The position numbers were made by a program, and so were the translations under genes. A model generated the notes under the pieces. That model searched no databases and was not told the origin of the DNA. It saw only the letters and a program-made list of their open reading frames with translations. From Hyphochytrium catenoides (lineage: Eukaryota; Protista; Hyphochytriomycota): a stretch of 36,267 nucleotides of DNA. The stretch is from the NCBI GenBank assembly GCA_900088475.1, contig FLMG01003579.1, positions 1-36,267 of the forward strand, written 5' to 3'. Position 1 is the stretch's first letter. Every line of letters starts with the position of its first letter. Of this stretch, positions 22,450-36,229 are shown piece after piece.

Positions 22450-25400
22450 TTAGGAAGAAGACGGAGGAGTTCTCCTTGACACGAGGATCCCAAGCAGAAG
22501 CGGTGCAGAGCGATCCTTTATCAGAGAGGCATAAGCATCCTGCTCAAACAGTTTCAGTCTATCCGCCAGATTATCGCCTTCTTTCTGCGCTATCAAGTAC
22601 AGCTGATGGCTGTCCTCAGGTACGCCCAGCACTAACGCAGCGCCGGAGGACAGCTGCTCATTCTCTTCAATAAAGCGAGGAAGAGTGAGGCCCGACTCCT
22701 CTAACGACGACGGGAGTGTGGAAGGCAATACGCCCAGAACGGATACGAAGCGCGATGAAGAGCGCTGGAGCTCCGAAAGGAAGATGTTAAGCTTGTTTGC
22801 TCGTAACCGGCCAGCGATCTTAAGCTTGCTCGGCAAGCGCACAGACATATCACTGAGTCCCTATAAAAGTTTTCGATTGAGAGTCAGTAATGTACCTTAT
22901 CACTTGCCACTTCCTCTAGATTCTCCTGCTTTAACCTATTGTGGTCCTTCTAGTTACTGTTTCTCTGTCTCTCTCTCTTTTCTCTGTCTCTCTCTCTCTC
23001 TTCCTTTGCCTAAGCCTTACGCAAGCGTCTTACCTTGGTATGCTTCCTATAAATAAACTTGCAAGGCAGCCGGCGGGAAGGTTGTTCTTGTACCACGTCC
23101 CCTTCCCATAATACTTCTCCCTCCCGTGGACTGCGAGGACTTGCGACTTTCTGGTCTTTCTCGCCTTCACCTTTCTCATGGCCTCCAGAGAAGGTGTTCG
23201 ATGAGGTCTCTGTTATGATTGATGGAAGACCAGGGGCTCCCGAGTCTTGCTTTTCTTCTCCGTCCCTCCCTTCTCCTTCTTTCTGGTCCATGGCGTTCTG
23301 ATTCTCCTTACTCCTGGCCTCGGATGGACTCTCTAACACTGGTGGTGGCGCTATCTCGGCAAGCACGATCTGCTGAAGGTGCGACTGACGTTGCTGCTGC
23401 CTCCATTCCTGAATCGAGACGCGAGGAATGATGGGGGCTGAGAGGGGAGAGACGAGCCTCTGGAGCAAGAAGGAAATATCTCTTTGCAGACAGAGAGCAC
23501 TGAAAGCAGGCAAATGAACTAAAAGCGTCATGCAATAATAGGGATCGACCATAATGCTGGGGAGGTAAATAGACAGGAGCCTTAAGACACTAAGAAAAGA
23601 TACGACGCAAAAGTTTGAGACCAAACAGCCTGGTTTGCATACTTGTAAGTCCTTGCTCGCCAGCTCCTGGGGACTTAGCGTCGTCAGCTTGTCCGGAGAC
23701 ATCTCTCCCGCCAAGACTAATGCCCGGAGCTCTCTATTCTTGGTCATGTTGAAGGCCAAAGAGCGTGCCCTCGCCTTATAGTCCTCCTTGACCTTGTCAG
23801 TCAGAGGACCGAACGGGAATTGGCGGTAGAGAGAGTTTTCTATCTCAATGATTAGATTGTCTATCTTGTTCTCCCTATCACCTAGCTGTTCACCCTCTTC
23901 AATGGTCCGGAGAGCTTTCTGGAACATGTTCCTCGAAGAAAGACGTACCGAGTTCACCCGCGCTCCTGCTGAAATGCCAGTAAAGCCAGTTGTCGCCATT
24001 GATGGAGATGAAGAGGCAGATGAAGAGCTCGTTGTGCCTTTTAGCTGGCTCCCATTCTCCCTCGCTGGCTCAAGCTTCAGCTTTTTGGACCTCTGCTCGT
24101 GTACGCTTCTCGCCAGCCTCTCCCCTCTTTCTTTCCCGAGAATCGATTTAATAGCTGCGACCATAGCGATGTCCAATTCGGCTACTGCCTTCACTACGCC
24201 CTGAGTCTTTTTACTAGCCAGAGAAGAGGATGCAGTAGAGAGACTAGCTTGCGGCGGCTTATTGATGTTCTGAGATCTGAGAATGCGGTTGAAGTGCGCT
24301 ACACCTGCACATCGCAGGGAGCAGTAGCGGGAGGAGCCCTCTAACTTCTTCCCGCAATCGCAGAACGGACGTGGAGGTTTGACATCAGACTTTCGCTTCC
24401 GGACCTGAGCATTTCCAAAGGAAGGTTACAAATGGGAAGCAAACAACTAGCGTTAACTAGGAGCAAGAAATAGAGATCCATTGCCTGGCTAGTAAGAGAG
24501 AAGATCGCTACGGAGAGCCCACTGAGCTAGAAGATAGAAGATGTGAGACAGCACATAAAACAGTGCTCCACCCGGGCCTGTTGTCTCACCTCTTCAGCTT
24601 TCACCTCCTTCGCTTCTTCACGCTTTACTTTCTTCTCTGCCGACGGCAGTGTCGCACCCTGAAGTTCCATGCCAACATCGAGGTAGCGGAGCAATTTGTG
24701 TAAGATAGAATCCAGAGAGAGTCCTTACAAAAGGAGCCTAGCTACTTTCTCTCCCTTAAAACCCCATAAGCAGTTAAGAAGGTTAGGGTGCTTGCAAGAA
24801 CCTCCATTATCAAACTCCTTTCTTGAGCTTGCCCTTGCATGGTGACTAAAGAGCTGTCTATCCTTTGGCTTACCTTCGCCCTTAGGTCTCCTCCAGGTCT
24901 CTTGTTGGCTGCCTTCTTAGTCATCCAGCTGCTCGCCTCCTGTAGCGCCCGAGAATAGCGCTTGACCTTTTCCAACCCTTCTGCAAGAGGTGATTTGCCC
25001 ATGTTCCAGGGTCTGAATAGCAGAAGAACAGTATGTTAATAGGGAGACCTCAAGGCTGAGCAGCTTGCCCCACTGGCAACCGGCTTTCTTTGCATAGCCC
25101 AGGTTCGGTATCATATCTCTCTCTCTCTCTCTCTCCGTTCAAATTTCGTTTTCTGGACAACTTTTCATTGGCACTCTTGCTCACCTGATCTGACTACTGA
25201 GGATCTGGGCATACTCCAAAGATTGCTCTTGCTTGCCCTTTTCGCCAATTGAGCCACCATCTTTCTCCTCTTTTACTTCTTTTCCTCCTATTGTTGGAAA
25301 ATGGAAGAGAGCAGCCAAGTGGGTTCGAGCTGCGGGTGGCCGCGACGACTCGTCAAAAGCCATAGCGACAGTGGCTCGCGACGGGACCCGGGTCACAATC

Positions 25401-28400
25401 TAAAGCAATGAGGGAGAGGAACAAAGAGTTAGGGAGCCCAGAAAACACAGCGTAGACGGAAAACTTGGACAGAAGCGGGACAAGGAGATTCAGCAGAGAA
25501 GGGCTGCAGCGGTAGATGCGACGGTGTCATGCTGGGAGGACAAACACACTCCTGGTCTGACATTCATAAGGGCCACGGGGCAAACACCATCAATTTTAAC
25601 CGAGATCTGAGAGGTCAAATGACCGTTAGAAAGCAGGAGGACTGTGGACCAATAGGCAAAGGAAGAGAGCATTGAGGGAGGATGCAAAGAGATGAGAAAG
25701 TGAGCGTCTGTATGAGCAATGTAGCGTTCACATACCCTAGCTGGCCAGAAGGGGAATCCCCGAAACTTTACCCAGCAGAGACCACCTTGCTGGCCGGCCA
25801 TGTTGACCGGTGGCAGCTTGTCTGCCTCCCGGAGAAAAGCAAGTAGATTTTTAAGGTAGGCTTCGTATTCAGATGGGAGCGCGAAGGAAGGTTTCCTCTC
25901 CAGCATTGCCCTAAGTCTTCCCTGGATTGCCGTAGAACCTGAAGAGGATGCGTTTGGCCTCCACTCCTCTGCGCACAGGAAGCGATTCGCCTCAGCCTCC
26001 CTACAAGGAATGCAAGGGTTACTTAGTTTTAGTAACCGAGGAGAAGGACGACACAAAGAAGAAAGAAAAGCAGCTCCCCGTCCAAACACTCGTATTACCA
26101 ATGAACGGTATTCAGCGACGGAAACGTGGAAGTGGAGGAAAGAAGCACTTTTAGCAGCAGAGGACCTTTAAGGAGAAATAGAGCAGAAGTTACTACGGCT
26201 ACTACCGCGGCGAAACATCAGGCATTGACGAAATGCCACAGTGCCCCTTACCATTCCAACATAGGCTTGGTATTCTGCCGTAGTAAGTCTAACATGGCTC
26301 TAATGACGGGATAGAGAGTAAAATCTACGTTTTCCGCTTCTGTCAGTGCCCGCTTTACGTCCGCAGTCTCGATGCCCAACTCCTTGACTTCTGATAAGTC
26401 TCGCAAAATGTCCTTGTGCAGAACCAGCCAATCTGCCATGCGTTCAAAGGTCATCAGGCGGGATAACTCGCTTGATTCCAGGTGGAGATCGGTCAGCTCC
26501 GCGCATAAAGTGCGCAATTTCTAGGGNNNNNNNNNNNNNNNNNNNNNNNNNNNNNNNNNNNNNNNNNNNNNNNNNNNNNNNNNNNNNNNNCGGTAAGACC
26601 TGCACGTCGGGTCGAAGAGCTGACAGAAATGGGCCAAAGCGGGACTATGTGGTCAAGTTGCGACAGCGAGCTAGAAGCGAGGAACAGAAAAGAGCATGCT
26701 AACCAGTCACTCACCGACACATGCTCGCCCAAAGAAGGGAGAAGCTGCTCGTCTCCAGGTTGCAGAGGTCCTGTCGAAGTAACCTTAGAAGCGGCACAAA
26801 GGAAACAGGCGAGAGAGCAACCTATAGTTGGCCGTCTTCTAGTAAGAGAGCGATATTTCGAGGCTATCGCGTAATTGTCTAAGAGCTTAGATGGATAAAT
26901 CGATTCAAGGAAGGCAACGACCCCTCTCCCCTCTACCAAAGAGAAAGGCTGTACCTAGGGCAGCGCTCACCTCTTAAGCTTCTCAAGACTTTGCCTACAA
27001 CTAGTCCTCCTTGATTGTACTGCTCCTGGGCAGCAATGAGCGTCTGGTCCACTCTCTCGCTCAAGATTCTGAGGTCGATGTAACCTGGGAAAGTGACCTG
27101 GACGGACAAAGAAGTCAGTATCATTCGAACCTGGATATAGAGAGAATTGCTAGAGTGGATCGACGCGTCTAAAAGAGATGCAGCATAGCAATAGTATAGT
27201 TATATCGGCCAACCCTTGTCTTTGAGGTCTAAATCGACCGAGGTTCTTGGTGGAGCTGGAAGGGCAGGAGAAAGCCAAGCCTACCTTTTCTACTATGGGA
27301 TCTATCACAAGCCGCCTTAAAGTTCCGATATTCACTAGCTTGTTCCCGCCTTTGCTCTCTGAGGTGAGAGCAAGGCACTGCCGACACTCCTTCTCCCACT
27401 GTTCCGCTTTGTTATGCAGCTCACTTAGAGCTCTATGAATCTGCTTCAGCTCCTATGAGGAGAGAACGTCGGAAGATATTATCGAAGCCGATGGGCAGAA
27501 GTCAGCAGGCTGTGGGAGAAGGGTCGGCACCGGCTGGCTGCAGCCAGGAGCAGAATGAGAGGACACTAGTCGAACGATGTAGAGATAATAAAGGCAGCTC
27601 GTCTGTCTTTACCGCTTGGAGAACAAAGATATTCTCTTTATCAAGCTCCTTCACTGTCTTCCACAGCCTGCTCAACTCGGCCAGCTGAACTGAGTCGCCT
27701 TTAAGAAGCACCTCGCTCTTCGTTAGAACCTTTTCGAGCTCTAAGAGACAAAATGGGTCAGTTGATGTTCTCATAGCTGCTGGTCATCTGTCACGTCTGT
27801 AAGGGCCGGACTACGTCTGCAGCAGCTGCCCTCGACTTGGCCCAGCAAGACTTTATCTGTACCTAATTCCGGGAGGCGTTCGTCGTGCACCTCACAAGCC
27901 TTCACCTCAGCACCAAGAGTATTACTTACCTACGGCTGCCTTGAAAGCCCTTATTTGTTCCTCCATAGAGAAGGGAAGGCTCTTCAGCCGCTTCACAAGC
28001 TCGATTCCTTGGTCTCGAGACCCACCAGAAGCTAACGAGGCCTGCGGAAGGTTGGTTGAGCCCTCTATGAATTTTGGATCTCTTATGCTTTCCGTCTCTA
28101 CGTCCTTGCTTTCGTCTCTGCATCACTACGTGTTTCTTGATGATCCCTAACCTGTAGTAGCTGCTGGCAGTGCAGCCCATGAGCGACAAAGGTAGCAAGA
28201 GCCGCCATCCTCTCAGCGTCAGTGGCTTGGGGTGCAGGCAGGGCCATGGAAAAAGCCTCCGGACATTCTCTTGATCGAGGCGACCCAGGGATACATCCAG
28301 CCGCTAGGAGGTGAAGGGAAGAATCCCTTAGTAGAGGTATGGAAGGTAGTTGGTAGTAAAGTAGAAGTAATCGAGACCTAGGAATAAAGCAATGCAAATG

Positions 28401-31400
28401 GTAACTGCAGTTAAAGGGTCACTAGGGCAAGCAGCCCCTCTCACCTGCTCCGGAAGATGCCAAGTCAAGAAGCTGGTTCAGTGAAGGCCTCGAGAGGAAC
28501 CTGCTTGCAGATTGTTATCAGCAGTTAGTTGCTACTCAGCCATGACCCTAAGACCCTGTAGTGCCTTTTCCCTCCCTGAGTCCCGCTCCTGCTCGTCATA
28601 GACCTAAACACCTAATAGCCGGTCCTTAGCACACTACTGTTCGGTCCAGTCATCTCCCTATCTTCTCCGTATTTCTTAAGGCTCTAGTATGAAGCCTAAG
28701 CATCAGCAGAGCCTTCTTCGTGTAGGACGCTGGCGACCGCGGATACTCGTCTATGCTCTACCTCAGCCCAGTCCCTCACCTGAGCCTAAGCCTAGCCCTC
28801 CAGGGTATTTGTTTCCCGTATTCCGTCGCCGCTGCTGTAGCGCTATCCAAATGGTTCAGAGCCCTAAGGACTGTGGCAAAGTCTTCGTCCGAATCTGTGA
28901 TCTCAAAGAGAGAGATGTGCTCTGACACTCTCTTGATGTCCTATGACAAAGGAAGCCAGAGAGGCGACAAAGAGTCGGGAGATCATAAGCAAAGATACGC
29001 CTACTAAGCTGCCAACGACTTTGGAAGAGAAATTGGTGGCGGTTAAGGGCGAGAAGAGAGTGAGGGAGCCAAAACAGCGGATTACAAGTCTAATGAGCAA
29101 GGCCAGAGCTCGGAGGGACAGCTTATTGGCAGGAATCTGATAGGTATTTCTATGGGGATTCAAGATGCAATATAAGGCAAGTAATCAGCGGAACTTCTTT
29201 TCTCTCTCTCTCTCTCTCACTCCTTGTCTGTTCCATCCGGCACCGTTCTGAAAACCCCCTTGATTTCCCTGCCCTTGCTTAACACTCTCTGGTCAGCTTA
29301 CCTTGTGTACCACGTAAATACCGGCCAGCACGTCGTCCATCTCTTCCACAGCTTTCCACTGTTTTGCGATTGCTTTTGCCTTCTCTTCTTCAATCTCCGA
29401 TCTACCTCCAAAGCTCTCTCCTCCTGTGATGTTGTCTATTTTCGCCTCAGCGTCGAGGGTTACGCAAAGCGTTTCTAGCTTCAAGAGAAGGCGGAGCAGC
29501 CGTGCCAGTAGCATCTCGGGTTCCAGAATGTGCGGGGACAAGAGAAGATCTTGACCGCTGGCGTGCAGAGCCTCTAACTCGGGGATCAAGTTCGACCGCT
29601 TGAGGGGAACTTCCCCTAAGTAAAACATAGCCTTTGATCGATCTTGTCTTTCCTCTCTCTTGGATTGGTCCTCTTCTACTGGCTCTATATCTATCCCTTC
29701 TGAAAGCTTCCTCCATACAGCGCGCATCTGGTCCCGCCACACTCGCACCTTTTCCAGAAGAGCTGTTAGCTGCATGGCAGCATCCCCTGGCATCACCACT
29801 CTCATTTCATAATAACGCGAAAAGAGAGATGAGAGCGCATTCCAGCCCAGAGAATTCTTCTTCTTCTCGCCTTGCTGTCGCAGAAGTTCTTCACACTCCT
29901 TGACCCAGTTTTGAGCGTTTGACGCAAGGGCCGTGAGCTCTTTGAAGACTTTGCTGTGGGTATTGAACGAGTAACCTTTATCCCGAAGCTCCTTTAACCT
30001 CTCGGCCCTTTGCATCACAGCCTCAAAGCTGCAGAAAGATCGAATGGTTGGAACAACAATGAAGCGGTTAGACCAAAGGAGGAACTATAGCGAAGACACG
30101 ACAAAATCTGATGCTGCCAGATCTGGAAAGAACACAAAAAATAAAAAAAAAAGAAGGCGGGAAGCTGACAATGTCTTGTGATCACCAGGACACCAAAATA
30201 TACCAGGACACAGAGTAAAATCTAGTTGGTAGGATGCAGCAACATAATGGCAAAAGTAACGAGGACAAATCCCTTGAAAAGAAGAGTTGTCAGAGTGCCA
30301 GCGCAACTGGCATTACTTGAAAAGGCTCCACAAAGAAATAACGGCCATCAGGTCAAGAATTAGAACAGAGAGAGTCAAAAGCAAGCCAAGAACTGTGCTC
30401 GTCATGCACCTTCGAATGCCTGTTAGAAACTGTCTCGTCCTGTCGTCCCATTCATTTGCTTCGACAACCTCTTTCAACTGCTCGGCCTCTGGAATCTGGA
30501 CCGTGAGGTCTTCCGCCCCAACCAAGAGATTCTTCACTTCATGGAGAGTAGAAGCAGGCAGCGGAAGTTTCTGCCAGAAAAGCGTAAACCAGTTTAGGAG
30601 AGAGGAGCAAACAAGCTTGAAGACATCACCGAAAAAATGCTCTGCTTTTTGCCTTGGGCAAAGCGCAACACCCTCCAGGACACTGCTCCCCGACCTATTG
30701 TTTTTTCCCGGGCACACTTTTCCATGCTTTCCACCTCCCTTTCATCTTACGCTACGCCCTTTCCTATATCTTTTACTGCTTTGCTTCCACCGCAACGCAC
30801 CTGTAATACATCAGGGTTCTGGGCGGTGAAGGTATTGTACCATGTTTTCCACTGCTCTAGATTGAGCAAAGCCCCTTGCAAGGCCTCATACTCCTTCTCT
30901 CCAATCCGTTCACTAAGGAATGGAAGGAGAGAAGAGATGGACCGAGCCGAGAGCTCGAAGGTTGCTTTCTGCTGCTGGAAGATCTCCATCACCTTTCTTA
31001 TTTTATTCTCTGGCTGCTTGCCCTCTTTCAGCGCCGATAGGAGAGCTTCCTTGGCCTGAACCAGGGGAAGAAGACAAGCAAGCACTGGAACATACAATAA
31101 GGAGAGTTAGCGCTAAGTGAGGGGTCTGAGCGTGGGAAGCAGACTACGTCCTTTGAGGCGGGGAACCCGAAGTAAAATAGGGAGAATATCATCGATGCTT
31201 ACCCTGCTCCCTGTCGCTCTCTATGGGAATACTCTGTTTCTCCTTCACTAGGTAGAGGAGTGTTTGTGCAGTGACGGTGGTACTGTCTGATAATGCGCTG
31301 CCAACTTTGCTTATCCATTCCCGGTAATCGGAGAGCAGGCAGGCCAGTACCCGACCCTCGTTGCTGGTCAGCTGGTGCTCCTTCAACTCCTGTAAGAGCG

Positions 31401-34400
31401 ATCCCACCTTATCTACAGTAGCAAAGCAAAGAAGCGGAGATAATAGAGGTTAGCGTAGGTTAGAAAGGCTTTTCTCAGCAGCTTAATTTCTGCTGATAGC
31501 GTCCGACTTACCTTCTTCCAGCGGTTCTGAGGCCAGAGCTTGCGTCTCCTCCACCGTAAGCCCTTTTTTAGCTGTGGGAAAGGCACCCGCTCTGCCATAC
31601 AGCTGCATCACGCTGGCTGGGATCATCTCTCGAGCCTTCACTTGCCACTTCCTTCCTGGCCTCACTCTTTCCTCGGTTACTTCTAACAGAAGCTTCCTCG
31701 CAAGTAAAAGAAGTTCCGTCTCGCCTTGAGAAGTGGGAGGGAGGGGTGACGATTCCAGAGTAGAGCCGTCGTTGGGAAGACGGGGACACTTTGAGATCAA
31801 GGCTTCAAGGAGTTCAATGTCTAGAGGCGGAGAACCAAGAAGGATGTGGCACGCGTCTGCAAGCCATTTGACTGTCTCTAAGGTTTCCTCTAAGGATGAG
31901 GCCCCTTCCAGCTTGAGCGACTTCAGAGAGGAGCTAGAGTAGGAGGAAGAGAGAGGACCCAGGACAGCCCTTAGATTGTCTAACACTTCCCGGAAAGGGA
32001 TGATAGAATAGATCTGTCTGGCGACGTTGAGCGAGCGGTCTTCTGAGGCATCCAGCTCGCGTAGAGCCTTGCGCTGAGATTCACTCCCTAACAAGAAAAC
32101 GAGATGACAAAGAGAAGTTGGTAAGCCTGACCGATAGGAAGAAGACATAAACTGAATTATTGGAGAACAATGATGAGAGGTCGGGTCATCATGAGAAAAG
32201 AGCAGGAGAGATCCGAAGAGCTACCACTCGCTGCAGCGCATTACAGTCACGCCAGAGAGCGTGTTAACTCTCAAAAGGAAAAAATGAGATAGTAAGAATG
32301 TGAGAGTGAGCGAGACACCCTCCTCACCCTGAAGCTTTTCTCTCACGGCCTTGCAGTTTTCGTGCCAAGCTTCTGCTTCCTGAAGGAGACTCTTGAGGTT
32401 GTGGTAGTGCTCCGTCTGCACATATTCCTTATATCCGACGATAGGGCAAACTAGATCATTGCATCTGGCCAAAGTGGTTAGAGTGGAAGGAGAGACTTAG
32501 CTCTGGTTATGTAATTCTACTAGGAAAGGAGACGCAACCTCATGAGAGCAAATTCAATGACGTGCTCAAAGTAGGATAGCAAAGGGTAAAGGCGACGTTC
32601 GTAACCTAGCCCTCTCCCTAAAATATCCTACGGAGCTAGAGTACCTATCCATTAGCTGCTTGAGGTCCTCTATGGTGATAGAAGGCATAGCCGATGTCTG
32701 CACTCGGTAGCTCTTGGCTAAAATGTTCGGATAATACAAGTGCCAGAGGGGAATATTGACCAAAGCAGAGTAAGTGGAAACCAATGATGTGAAGGCAGAA
32801 CAAAGTGCCTTGGGATAGACCAACGAGACAAGATTATGAACCAACATATGCAAGACGATTGACTAACATACACCTGACGATGGAGAGGGTAGACCGAAGA
32901 AGAGGGTGACAATTCTTATGATAGGCTACGAGTGGACTCGACTAACCCAGCCAGTTGAGCAGATGCGCAAGCGCATGTGCGAATTCGAGTTCATTCTGAC
33001 TTGCGGCGATGGCCGTGGCGAGTGACGACTGGTACATTGCCTCCTTCTCCAAGTTAAACTTTACCAACTCTTCAGGAACGGCCTTTCCCTCTCTATGCAG
33101 CTTGGCTAAGGGAATTTCAGCATGGAGAGGGCGAGCCAACATGTCAAAAGTAAGCTCTTCTATGCTTAACTGTGAAATCGTTCAGTCCATAAGAGGGTTG
33201 GAAAGGAAAATGAATGACCATTACGACTGAAGAACGAGGATGCAGAAGGCCACAGACAAAGTAGCAATAAAGGTGAGACACCGTCGGCGGTCGGCAAACG
33301 AGCTTACCACATGCTGGGCAGACGAACTCTATCTCGTCCTCTTCTTCCTCATCCGGCTCTTCCATGCCCACACAAGAGCCATGAAACCAATCCTTGCAGC
33401 TATCGCACTCAATCATAAACCGCCGCTCGTCAAAGGGCTGCTTGCAAACGCAATACACCGCTGCTGGAGTATGGGCTGGACAAAACATGCGAGGCACCTG
33501 CCCCTCTTCTGAAGGGAATGACAGATAATACTTCTTTTCTAGGGCACATGTCGGATGGAAAACGGCGCCGCAAGGCTCGTTTTCTTCGCCTTCCCCTTCT
33601 TTATGCGCACATTGCACCAGGAAGGCGTTGCCTGTGTCACCACAGACCTGGCAGCTGGCACCTTCTGAGATCTCGGACCGAGGTAGTGAAGGAGATACTG
33701 CGAGCCAAGAGGCAGGGTTGACCGCCGATGGGTGGGCATGCTCATCCCATAACGCACAAAGAGAATGAACCCAGACCTGCGTTTATTAAGCCAGCATCAG
33801 AAAAGAGGGGTGCTTGAGTGGCCAAAAGGAATCGTGCGGCGCTGTCCGCATAGGGGTTCACTAAGACATTAAGGCACTCTCTCTGTTCTAGCAAGCCAAA
33901 CCAACTATAGAACAAGGATCTAGCTGCCAGTCCAGGAGATAGCAACATGTCTTCAAGGCTCAAGAGCTCTCTGCAAGAAGTAGACGGCTATGATAAGCTT
34001 CAAACATACCTCAGACGAAGTAGATGCCCCTTCTAATCGCTTGACTTGCGCTTTCCTGAAGGCATGACAGACCTTCATCCCGCTGCCAGCCCCATCTGCC
34101 CGATGGCACAGTACGCAGGAGACCGCCTTAGACCCTTTAGACCCTCGATGAGCGCTGCAGGCCTCGCAAGTCCAGGTCTTACGCAGGGAGTTGAGAAGGA
34201 TACTCATCTACAGTTCGATAGGTCAGTTTCGAGCTAGCGACGGAGCTAGCTAGGTAGGCGAAAGTGGAACACCGCAAGATCTAAAGATAGAGCAAGATAC
34301 GCGAAGCAGTAATACAATCCATAGCACAAGGAGAATATGAGGAGCAGTTAGTTAGAATTCCTGAACAGAGGTAAACAACCGGCCGCCTCCACATGAGAGC

Positions 34401-35832
34401 ACGAGGCAGAAGAGCGCTCGGGGTTAGGTAAATGGGTCACTTGACCGCTAAATACCGTCGAGAAAGAGATTCATACCGTCTGCGACGAGATCCCGTAACA
34501 AGCTGCATGGACAGTCAGCTTGCAATCATGGCATTCCAGCATTGTCACTGCGCAGATGATAAGTTCGGGTGAGACACTCTACGCGGCGTGTGGCGCGGCC
34601 AGGCATACAACCAGGTTATAACCAACAAGAGCATTTGGGGACGCGAATAAAGACAGAGAAGGAGAACTACATCAGTTGCCCAAGGGTAACGGGGATAGGC
34701 AACCAACTAGCTCTGAGTGGCCCTAAGTGCGCCGAATGGAAGCTCGAATAGAGAAACAAGACAGGAACACAGCGGTAGGGCACACTACCACCAAGACGGT
34801 TGTCTATCTCCTCTTCGTCTTCCTCATCCGAGGATTCATCGCCCCCAGCCTCTGCTAGTGATCGGCAAACTCTGCAAGTAGCGGAGGCGGGCGCCACTAG
34901 CCCTAGTACGGAAGCAAGGGTTAGTCGTGGTGTAAATAGTGAAATGAAGGAGCGAGATACACGTGTCCTACGTAGTCCGCCTTCTTTCCGCCCTCGCTCC
35001 TGCGGTTGATCTTCTTCTGTGGCCTCGCCGTCATGCGCCTTGACTAATTGTACCCATTCACTAGCGTCGCGAGCTAGAATTGCGGCGATCGCATCAGGCT
35101 CATTCAAATGGTCCGGACAAAACAGCCCGCCTGCATGAAAGGCACCATGGAACGTCAGAAGAGAAACTAACTCACAGAATGGGGTAGAAAGAGCTTCATA
35201 TCCAAATAAATAAGGCACCAAGAGGCGAGGAGCGGGCGGGTGATGCAATTGACAGTATTGAGGTGGATCAGGCGAAAGAGTGTTTAAACCTTGTCCGGCA
35301 ACTAGCTTGTCTACATTGATCCCGCAGCCAGCCTCTGCAGCACAGATGAGGTGATAGCTGCGTTTGCAATAGGGGTCCAGGCAACCTATTGTGGCTCCTC
35401 GTCGCTTGCAATGAGGGCAGGACTAGATGGTAGAAGGAAAGGACCGTCAGCGGACAGCCACGGATGCTCGTGATTTCTCTTTAAAGGAGGCAAGCGACAG
35501 TAGCACTGATGAGAATAAGACGAGTAAGCTGCCTTACTAGCTGAGCTCCTCGCTTTACTTCTTTTCCTATATTAGTGTACTTTCCGTCTTCCACGCGCAC
35601 CTGACTCGATGTGAAGAGTTAACATTTAAACACATAGCTCAAAGGAAAGGCAGAAGGACGATGCAACCTGCGGTGAGAAGCGCGCACAGTACTTGTGGAC
35701 GTAACGTTTCTCCTTCTTTAAACGGAATGGCGGGAGAAAACCTCCTCCCCAGGATCCTTTACCCTCGCCGACCTGGTGGCACAAGGCACACTCGACTTTA
35801 GATAAATCCTCCTTTTTCGATCTTCCTTTCAT
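22450..35832 (-). CDS. DIDO1/PHF3/Bye1-like chromatin and transcription regulator: ePHD, PZP, PHD, PLU-1-like helical repeats, PWWP, Cys finger, TFIIS-M and SPOC; ~34 exons, ~2,500 aa
   Basis: The frame can be followed through canonical introns from ATG 35832 (in-frame TAA upstream) to the stop at 22450, except across the N gap 26527-26590. ePHD: CALC...[13 protein letters not shown]...[26 protein letters not shown]...LFCPDH. PZP: CRVC...[14 protein letters not shown]...WTCEAC...CVLC...WVHSLCALW...FHPTC...FCPAH. PHD: [34 protein letters not shown]: [20 protein letters not shown]: [12 protein letters not shown]...[26 protein letters not shown]: VLWEGDV...[11 protein letters not shown]...LLLGILV. 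Confidence 0.82.
26527..26590. other. Assembly gap (Ns) inside the SPOC gene; a second gap at 3022-3034
   Basis: Runs of N. Confidence 0.99.
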
Positions 35833-36229
35833 TTTTGCCTGCTCACAAGCCAGACTGAGCTGCTCCGCTTATTCAAGAGTAGCCATGACAAGTTCTGCTT
35901 CTGATGAGCTAAGGCTGCACTCAGGCAACCAAGGGAACTTTCAGAGCAGATGTTTCGTAGCGAGAGCGCTTGGACTGGTCCCAAGACGGGTTATGCTTTT
36001 GACCTCGGGACTATACACATCCCACAGACGATGAGTCTTTGGAGGCCCAAGACCGCTTCCTTGTAGGCTACCAACTCCACACCCTCACGCAGGGTTAGAG
36101 CTATTGGCGCACTCCCGCTCACAGCTTAAGCAGCTAACAGAAAGATCCGTCCGAGCTTCACGCTTCTGAGACCTGAGACGGCTTCTTCGGATCATGAAGA
36201 TTTCTCTGTGGATTGAGTCTGGCACCGCT

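Noticed and set aside
26933-26970. Possible 38-nt ultrashort intron
   Set aside because: A downstream acceptor (ctcttag, ~26880) gives a normal ~90-nt intron in the same frame.
28501-28779. Apparent in-frame TGA/TAG in the SPOC gene, suggesting stop-codon reassignment
   Set aside because: A canonical intron (AG/gtgagg...aactaac...gcag/G) removes them and restores [12 protein letters not shown]. Similar apparent stops near 33953, 33144 and 26520 also resolve by normal splicing.
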